Shown here: piece after piece, positions 54,001 to 64,000 of the stretch
Layout of the letters: the number at the start of each line of letters is the position of its first letter
How positions within the stretch are numbered: the first letter of the stretch is position 1
Source of the DNA: Eledone cirrhosa
Taxonomy: Eukaryota
Direction: 5' to 3'
NCBI GenBank assembly: GCA_964016885.1
Contig: OZ024740.1
Span: forward strand, 387,810,001 to 387,874,000
Length of the DNA stretch: 64,000 nt
Made by a program: the position numbers and the translations under genes
The notes under the pieces: generated by a model
The model's database searches: none
Seen by the model: the letters and a program-made list of their open reading frames with translations, nothing else
What the model was told of the DNA's origin: nothing

Positions 54001-57000
54001 TACCTAAGTGTTTAAGTGCTTACTATATATATCTCACTGTACATTACCTAAGTGTTTAAGGTCTTACTATATATATCTCACTGTACATTACCTAAGTGTT
54101 TAAGGACCACTATATATATCTTACTGTACATTACCTAAGTGTTTAAGGTCTTACTATATATATCTCACTGTATATTACCTAAGTGTTTAAGGTCTTACTA
54201 TATATATCTCACTGTACATTACCTAAGTGTTTAAGGTCTTTCTACATATATATCTCACTGTACATTACCTAAGTGTTTAAGGTCTTACTATATATATCTC
54301 ACTGTACATTACCTAAGTGTTTAAGGTCTTACTGTATATATCTCACTGTACATTACCTAAGTGTTTCAGGTCTTACTATATATATCTCACTGTACATTAC
54401 CTAAGTGTTTAAGGTGTTACTATATATATCTCACTGTACATTACCTAGGTGTTTAAGGTCTTACTATATATATCTCACTGTACATTAGCTAAGTGTTTAA
54501 TGTCTTACTATATATATCTCACTGTACATTGCCTAAGTGTTTAAGGTCTTACTATATATGTCTCACTGTACATTACCTAAGTGTTTCAGGTCTTACTATA
54601 TATATATCTCACTGTACATTACCTAAGTGTTTAAGGTCTTACTATATATATCTCACTGTACATTGCCTAAGTGTTTAAGGTCTTTCTACATATATATCTC
54701 ACTGTACATTACCTAAGTGTTTAAGGTCTTTCTACATATATATCTCACTGTACATTACCTAAGTGTTTAAGGTCTTACTATATATATCTCACTGTACATT
54801 ACCTAAGTGTTTAAGGTCTTACTATATATATCTCACTGTACATTACCTAAGTGTTTAAGGTCTTACTATATATATCTCACTGTACATTACCTAAGTGTTT
54901 AAGGTCTTACTATATATATCTCACTGTACATTACGTAAGTGTTTAAGGTCTTACTATATATATCTCACTGTACATTACCTTAGTGTTTAAGGTCTTACTA
55001 TATATATCTCACTGTACATTACCTAAGTGTTTAAGGTCTTACTATATATATCTCACTGTACATTACCTAAGTGTTTAAGGTCTTACTATATATATATCAC
55101 TCTGTACATTACCTAAGTGTTTAAGGTCTTACTATATATATCTGACTGTACATTACTTAAGTGTTTAAGGTCTTACTATATATATCATACTGTACATTAC
55201 CTAAGTGTTTAATGTCTTACTATATATATCTCACTGTACATTACCTAACGGTTTAAGGTCTTACTATATATATCTCACTGTACATTACCCAAGTGTTTAA
55301 GGTCTTACTACATATATCTCACTGTACATTACCTAAGTGTTTAATGTCTTACTATATATATCTCACTGTACATTACCTAAGTGTTTAAGGTCTTACTGTA
55401 TATATCTCACTGTACATTAACTAAGTGTTTAAGGTCTTACTATATATATCTCACTGTACATTACCTAAGTGTTTAAGGTGTTACTATATATATCTCACTG
55501 TACACTACCTAGGTGTTTAAGGTCTTACTATATATATCTCACTGTACATTAGCTAAGTGTTTAATGTCTTACTATATATATCTCACTGTACATTAGCTAA
55601 GTGTTTAAGTGCTTACTATATATATCTCACTGTACATTACCTAAGTGTTTAAGGTCTTACTATATATATCTCACTGTACATTACCTAAGTGTTTAAGGTC
55701 TTTCTACATATATATCTCACTGTACATTACCTAAGTGTTTAAGGTCTTTCTACATATATATCTCACTGTACATTACCTAAGTGTTTAAGGTCTTTCTACA
55801 TATATATCTCACTGTACATTACCTAAGTGTTTAAGGTCTTACTATATATATCTCACTGTACATTACCTAAGTGTTTAAGGTCTTACTATATATATCTCAC
55901 TGTACATTACCTAAGTGTTTAAGGTCTTACTATATATATCTCACTGTACATTACGTAAGTGTTTAAGGTCTTACTATATATATCTCACTGTACATTACCT
56001 AAGTGTTTAAGGTCTTACTATATATATCTCACTGTACATTACCTAAGTGTTTAAGGTCTTACTATATATATCTCACTGTACATTACCTAAGTGTTTAAGG
56101 ACCACTATATATATCTTACTGTACATTACCTAAGTGTTTAAGTGCTTACTATATATATCTCACTGTACATTACCTAAGTGTTTAAGGTCTTACTATATAT
56201 ATCTCACTGTACATTACCTAAGTGTTTAAGGACCACTATATATATCTTACTGTACATTACCTAAGTGTTTAAGGTCTTACTATATATATCTCACTGTATA
56301 TTACCTAAGTGTTTAAGGTCTTACTATATATATCTCACTGTACATTACCTAAGTGTTTAAGGTCTTTCTACATATATATCTCACTGTACATTACCTAAGT
56401 GTTTAAGGTCTTACTATATATATCTCACTGTACATTACCTAAGTGTTTAAGGTCTTACTGTATATATCTCACTGTACATTACCTAAGTGTTTCAGGTCTT
56501 ACTATATATATCTCACTGTACATTACCTAAGTGTTTAAGGTGTTACTATATATATCTCACTGTACATTACCTAGGTGTTTAAGGTCTTACTATATATATC
56601 TCACTGTACATTAGCTAAGTGTTTAATGTCTTACTATATATATCTCACTGTACATTGCCTAAGTGTTTAAGGTCTTACTATATATGTCTCACTGTACATT
56701 ACCTAAGTGTTTCAGGTCTTACTATATATATATCTCACTGTACATTACCTAAGTGTTTAAGGTCTTACTATATATATCTCACTGTACATTGCCTAAGTGT
56801 TTAAGGTCTACTATATATATCTCACTGTACATTACCTAAGTGTTTAAGTGCTTACTATATATATCTCACTGTACATTACCTAAGTGTTTAAGGTCTTACT
56901 ATATATATCTCACTGTACATTACCTAAGTGTTTAAGGTCTTTCTACATATATATCTCACTGTACATTACCTAAGTGTTTAAGGTCTTTCTACATATATAT

Positions 57001-60000
57001 CTCACTGTACATTACCTAAGTGTTTAAGGTCTTTCTACATATATATCTCACTGTACATTACCTAAGTGTTTAAGGTCTTACTATATATATCTCACTGTAC
57101 ATTACCTAAGTGTTTAAGGTCTTACTATATATATCTCACTGTACATTACCTAAGTGTTTAAGGTCTTACTATATATATCTCACTGTACATTACGTAAGTG
57201 TTTAAGGTCTTACTATATATATCTCACTGTACATTACCTTAGTGTTTAAGGTCTTACTATATATATCTCACTGTACATTACCTAAGTGTTTAAGGTCTTA
57301 CTATATATATCTCACTGTACATTACCTAAGTGTTTAAGGTCTTACTATATATATATCACTCTGTACATTACCTAAGTGTTTAAGGTCTTACTATATATAT
57401 CTGACTGTACATTACTTAAGTGTTTAAGGTCTTACTATATATATCATACTGTACATTACCTAAGTGTTTAATGTCTTACTATATATATCTCACTGTACAT
57501 TACCTAACGGTTTAAGGTCTTACTATATATATCTCACTGTACATTACCCAAGTGTTTAAGGTCTTACTACATATATCTCACTGTACATTACCTAAGTGTT
57601 TAATGTCTTACTATATATATCTCACTGTACATTACCTAAGTGTTTAAGGTCTTACTGTATATATCTCACTGTACATTAACTAAGTGTTTAAGGTCTTACT
57701 ATATATATCTCACTGTACATTACCTAAGTGTTTAAGGTGTTACTATATATATCTCACTGTACACTACCTAGGTGTTTAAGGTCTTACTATATATATCTCA
57801 CTGTACATTAGCTAAGTGTTTAATGTCTTACTATATATATCTCACTGTACATTAGCTAAGTGTTTAAGTGCTTACTATATATATCTCACTGTACATTACC
57901 TAAGTGTTTAAGGTCTTACTATATATATCTCACTGTACATTACCTAAGTGTTTAAGGTCTTTCTACATATATATCTCACTGTACATTACCTAAGTGTTTA
58001 AGGTCTTTCTACATATATATCTCACTGTACATTACCTAAGTGTTTAAGGTCTTTCTACATATATATCTCACTGTACATTACCTAAGTGTTTAAGGTCTTA
58101 CTATATATATCTCACTGTACATTACCTAAGTGTTTAAGGTCTTACTATATATATCTCACTGTACATTACCTAAGTGTTTAAGGTCTTACTATATATATCT
58201 CACTGTACATTACGTAAGTGTTTAAGGTCTTACTATATATATCTCACTGTACATTACCTAAGTGTTTAAGGTCTTACTATATATATCTCACTGTACATTA
58301 CCTAAGTGTTTAAGGTCTTACTATATATATCTCACTGTACATTACCTAAGTGTTTAAGGACCACTATATATATCTTACTGTACATTACCTAAGTGTTTAA
58401 GTGCTTACTATATATATCTCACTGTACATTACCTAAGTGTTTAAGGTCTTACTATATATATCTCACTGTACATTACCTAAGTGTTTAAGGACCACTATAT
58501 ATATCTTACTGTACATTACCTAAGTGTTTAAGGTCTTACTATATATATCTCACTGTATATTACCTAAGTGTTTAAGGTCTTACTATATATATCTCACTGT
58601 ACATTACCTAAGTGTTTAAGGTCTTTCTACATATATATCTCACTGTACATTACCTAAGTGTTTAAGGTCTTACTATATATATCTCACTGTACATTACCTA
58701 AGTGTTTAAGGTCTTACTATATATATCTCACTGTACATTACCTAAGTGTTTAAGGTCTTACTATATATATCTCACTGTACATTACCTAAGTGTTTAAGGT
58801 CTACTATATATATCTTACTGTACATTACCTAAGTGTTTAAGGTCTTACTATATATATCTCACTGTACATTACCTAAGTGTTTAAGGTCTTACTATATATA
58901 TCTCACTGTACATTACCTAAGTGTTTAAGGTCTTACTATATATATCTCACTGTACATTACCTAAGTGTTTAAGGTCTTACTATATATATCACTCTGTACA
59001 TTACCTAAGTGTTTAAGGTCTTACTATATATATCTCACTGTACATTACCTAAGTGTTTAAGGACTTACTATATATATATCACTCTGTACATTACCTAATT
59101 GTTTAAGGTCTTACTATATATATCTCACTGTACATTACCTAAGTGTTTAAGGTCTTACTATATATATCTCACTCTACATTACCTAAGTGTTTAAGGTCTT
59201 ACTATGTGTATCTCACTGTACATTAGCTAAGTGTTTAATGTCTTACTATATATATCTCACTGTACATTACCTAACGGTTTAAGGTCTTACTATATATATC
59301 TCACTGTACATTACCTAAGTGTTTAAGGTCTTACTACATATATCTCACTGTACATTACCTAAGTGTTTAATGTCTTACTATATATATCTCACTGTACATT
59401 ACCTAAGTGTTTAAGGTCTTACTGTATATATCTCACTGTACATTACCTAAGTGTTTAAGGTGTTACTATATATATCTCACTGTACATTACCTAGGTGTTT
59501 AAGGTCTTACTATATATATCTCACTGTACATTAGCTAAGTGTTTAATGTCTTACTATATATATCTCACTGTACATTGCCTAAGTGTTTAAGGTCTTACTA
59601 TATATATCTCACTGTACATTACCTAAGTGTTTCAGGTCTTACTATATATATATCTCACTGTACATTACCTAAGTGTTTAAGGTCTTACTATATATATCTC
59701 ACTGTACATTAGCTAAGTGTTTAAGTGCTTACTATATATATCTCACTGTACATTACCTAAGTGTTTAAGGTCTTACTATATATATCTCACTGTACATTAC
59801 CTAAGTGTTTAAGGTCTTTCTACATATATATCTCACTGTACATTACCTAAGTGTTTAAGGTCTTTCTACATATATATCTCACTGTACATTACCTAAGTGT
59901 TTAAGGTCTTTCTACATATATATCTCACTGTACATTACCTAAGTGTTTAAGGTCTTACTATATATATCTCACTGTACATTACCTAAGTGTTTAAGGTCTT

Positions 60001-63000
60001 ACTATATATATCTCACTGTACATTACCTAAGTGTTTAAGGTCTTACTATATATATCTCACTGTACATTACCTAAGTGTTTAAGGTCTTACTATATATATC
60101 TCACTGTACATTACCTAAGTGTTTAAGGTCTTACTATATATATCTCACTGTACATTACCTAAGTGTTTAAGGTCTTACTACATATATCTCACTGTACATT
60201 ACCTAAGTGTTTAATGTCTTACTATATATATCTCACTGTACATTACCTAAGTGTTTAAGGTCTTACTGTATATATCTCACTGTACATTACCTAAGTGTTT
60301 CAGGTCTTACTATATATATCTCACTGTACATTACCTAAGTGTTTAAGGTGTTACTATATATATCTCACTGTACATTACCTAGGTGTTTAAGGTCTTACTA
60401 TATATATCTCACTGTACATTAGCTAAGTGTTTAATGTCTTACTATATATATCTCACTGTACATTGCCTAAGTGTTTAAGGTCTTACTATATATGTCTCAC
60501 TGTACATTACCTAAGTGTTTCATGTCTTACTATATATATATCTCACTGTACATTACCTAAGTGTTTAAGGTCTTACTATATATATCTCACTGTACATTGC
60601 CTAAGTGTTTAAGGTCTACTATATATATCTCACTGTACATTACCTAAGTGTTTAAGTGCTTACTATATATATCTCACTGTACATTACCTAAGTGTTTAAG
60701 GTCTTACTATATATATCTCACTGTACATTACCTAAGTGTTTAAGGTCTTTCTACATATATATCTCACTGTACATTACCTAAGTGTTTAAGGTCTTTCTAC
60801 ATATATATCTCACTGTACATTACCTAAGTGTTTAAGGTCTTTCTACATATATATCTCACTGTACATTACCTAAGTGTTTAAGGTCTTACTATATATATCT
60901 CACTGTACATTACCTAAGTGTTTAAGGTCTTACTATATATATCTCACTGTACATTACCTAAGTGTTTAAGGTCTTACTATATATATCTCACTGTACATTA
61001 CGTAAGTGTTTAAGGTCTTACTATATATATCTCACTGTACATTACCTAAGTGTTTAAGGTCTTACTATATATATCTCACTGTACATTACCTAAGTGTTTA
61101 AGGTCTTACTATATATATCTCACTGTACATTACCTAAGTGTTTAAGGTCTTACTATATATATATCACTCTGTACATTACCTAAGTGTTTAAGGTCTTACT
61201 ATATATATCTGACTGTACATTACTTAAGTGTTTAAGGTCTTACTATATATATCATACTGTACATTACCTAAGTGTTTAATGTCTTACTATATATATCTCA
61301 CTGTACATTACCTAACGGTTTAAGGTCTTACTATATATATCTCACTGTACATTACCTAAGCGTTTAAGGTCTTACTACATATATCTCACTGTACATTACC
61401 TAAGTGTTTAATGTCTTACTATATATATCTCACTGTACATTACCTAAGTGTTTAAGGTCTTACTGTATATATCTCACTGTACATTAACTAAGTGTTTAAG
61501 GTCTTACTATATATATCTCACTGTACATTACCTAAGTGTTTAAGGTGTTACTATATATATCTCACTGTACATTACCTAGGTGTTTAAGGTCTTACTATAT
61601 ATATCTCACTGTACATTAGCTAAGTGTTTAATGTCTTACTATATATATCTCACTGTACATTAGCTAAGTGTTTAAGTGCTTACTATATATATCTCACTGT
61701 ACATTACCTAAGTGTTTAAGGTCTTACTATATATATCTCACTGTACATTACCTAAGTGTTTAAGGTCTTTCTACATATATATCTCACTGTACATTACCTA
61801 AGTGTTTAAGGTCTTTCTACATATATATCTCACTGTACATTACCTAAGTGTTTAAGGTCTTTCTACATATATATCTCACTGTACATTACCTAAGTGTTTA
61901 AGGTCTTACTATATATATCTCACTGTACATTACCTAAGTGTTTAAGGTCTTACTATATATATCTCACTGTACATTACCTAAGTGTTTAAGGTCTTACTAT
62001 ATATATCTCACTGTACATTACGTAAGTGTTTAAGGTCTTACTATATATATCTCACTGTACATTACCTAAGTGTTTAAGGTCTTACTATATATATCTCACT
62101 GTACATTACCTAAGTGTTTAAGGTCTTACTATATATATCTCACTGTACATTACCTAAGTGTTTAAGGTCTTACTATATATATCACTCTGTACATTACCTA
62201 AGTGTTTAAGGTCTTACTATATATATCTGACTGTACATTACTTAAGTGTTTAAGGTCTTACTATATATATCTCACTGTACATTACCTAAGTGTTTAAGGT
62301 CTTACTATATATATATCTCACTGTACATTACCTAAGTGTTTAAGGTCTACTATATATATCATACTGTACATTACCTAAGTGTTTAAGGTCTTACTATATA
62401 TATATCTCACTGTACATTGCCTAAGTGTTTAAGGTCTACTATATATATCTCACTGTACATTACCTAAGTGTTTAAGGTCTTACTATATATATCTCACTGT
62501 ACATTACCTAAGTGTTTAAGGTCTTACTATATATATCTCACTGTACATTACGTAAGTGTTTAATGTCTTACTATATATATCTCACTGTACATTACCTAAG
62601 TGTTTAAGGTCTTACTATATATATCTCACTGTACATTACCCAAGTGTTTAAGATCTTACTATATATATCTCACTGTACATTACCGAAGTGTTTAATGTCT
62701 TACTATATATATCTCACTGTACATTACCCAAGTGTTTAAGGTCTTACTATATATATCTCACTGTACATTACCTAAGTGTTTAAGGTCTTACTATATATAT
62801 CTCACTGTACATTACCTAAGTGTTTAAGGTCTTACTATATATATCTTACTGTACATTAGCTAAGTGTTTAAGGTCTTACTATATATATCTCACTGTACAT
62901 TGCCTAAGTATTTAAGGTCTACTATATATATCTCACTGTACATTACCTAAGTGTTTACGGTCTTACTATATATATCTCACTGTACATTACCTAAGTGTTT

Positions 63001-64000
63001 AAGGTCTTACTATATATATCTCACTGTACATTACCTAAGTGTTTAAGGTCTACTATATATATCTCACTGTACATTACCTAAGTGTTTAAGGTCTTACTAT
63101 ATATATCTCACTGTACATTACCTAAGTGTTTAAGGTCTACTATATATATCTCACTGTACATTACCTAAGTGTTTAAGGTCTAACTATATATATCTCACTG
63201 TACATTACCTAGTGTTTAAGGTCTTACTATATATATCTCACTGTACATTACCTAAGTGTTTAAGGTCTTACTATATATATCTCACTGTACATTACCTAAG
63301 TGTTTAAGGTCTTACTATATATATCTCACTGTACATTACCTAAGTGTTTAAGGTCTACTATATATATCTCACTGTACATTACCTAAGTGTTTAAGGTCTT
63401 ACTATATATATCTCACTGTACATTACCTAAGTGTTTAAGGTCTACTATATATATCTCACTGTACATTACCTAAGTGTTTAAGGTCTAACTATATATATCT
63501 CACTGTACATTACCTAGTGTTTAAGGTCTTACTATATATATCTCACTGTAAATTACCTAAGTGTTTAATGTCTTACTATATATCTCACACTGTACATTAC
63601 CTAAGTGTTTAAGGTCTTACTATATATATCTCACTGTACATTACCTAAGTGTTTAATGTCTTACTATATATATCACCCTGTACATTACCTAAGTGTTTAA
63701 GGTCTTACTATATATATCTCACTGTACATTACGTAAGTGTTTAATGTCTTACTATATATATCTCACTGTACATTACCTAAGTGTTTAATGTCTTACTATA
63801 TATATCTCACTGTACATTACCTAAGTATTTAAGGTCTTACTATATATATCTCACTGTACATTACCCAAGTGTTTAAGGTCTTACTATATATATCTCACTG
63901 TACATTACCCAAGTGTTTAATGTCTTACTATATATATCTCACTGTACATTACCCAAGTGTTTAAGGTCTTACTATATATATCTCACTGTACATTACCCAA
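6062..64000. repeat. Satellite DNA array, 44-bp monomer TAAGTGTTTAAGGTCTTACTATATATATCTCACTGTACATTACC, about 1,300 head-to-tail copies, continuing past the window end
   Basis: Exact 44-bp periodicity in one orientation, with no interrupting sequence seen. The consensus has 13/44 G+C and no CpG. Recurrent 43-bp (GGTCTACT) and 46-bp (GGTCTTTCTACAT) length variants and point variants occur. Confidence 0.99.

Noticed and set aside
10404-60612. Recurrent 60-61 aa ORFs MFKVLLYISHCTLPKCLRSYY...
   Set aside because: They are translations of the 44-bp satellite from GTG starts, opened wherever a variant removes the TAA in GTTTAA. They are useful only as HOR markers.
6062-64000. CRISPR-like array
   Set aside because: Monomers abut directly with no unique spacers, there are no cas genes, and the context is eukaryotic.
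6062-64000. CCTAA (TTAGG telomere-like) motif in every monomer
   Set aside because: There is a single pentamer per 44 bp and it is never tandem, which is insufficient to claim telomeric origin.

Overview
AT-rich eukaryotic non-coding DNA, probably from an octopus/cephalopod. That assignment is inferred from a SINE resembling the abundant Octopus family and from the density of (TA)n tracts. Bases 1-6061 are a patchwork of (TA)n/(CA)n microsatellites, tRNA-derived SINEs and Penelope-like element (PLE) debris. The debris includes a frameshifted PLE reverse-transcriptase fragment bracketed by inverted repeats, and three plus-strand minimal type-I hammerhead ribozyme motifs (229-294, 3675-3794, 4811-4882). 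Each hammerhead has AATAAA in stem I and a (TA)n tract 43-50 nt after the predicted cleavage site. From 6062 to the window end (about 58 kb) there is one uninterrupted head-to-tail satellite with a 44-bp monomer (TAAGTGTTTAAGGTCTTACTATATATATCTCACTGTACATTACC, about 1,300 copies). Its variant monomers show nested higher-order periodicities of about 1.1-2.5 kb and about 7.2-7.5 kb, and a turnover of variants along the array. No intact protein-coding gene is supported.
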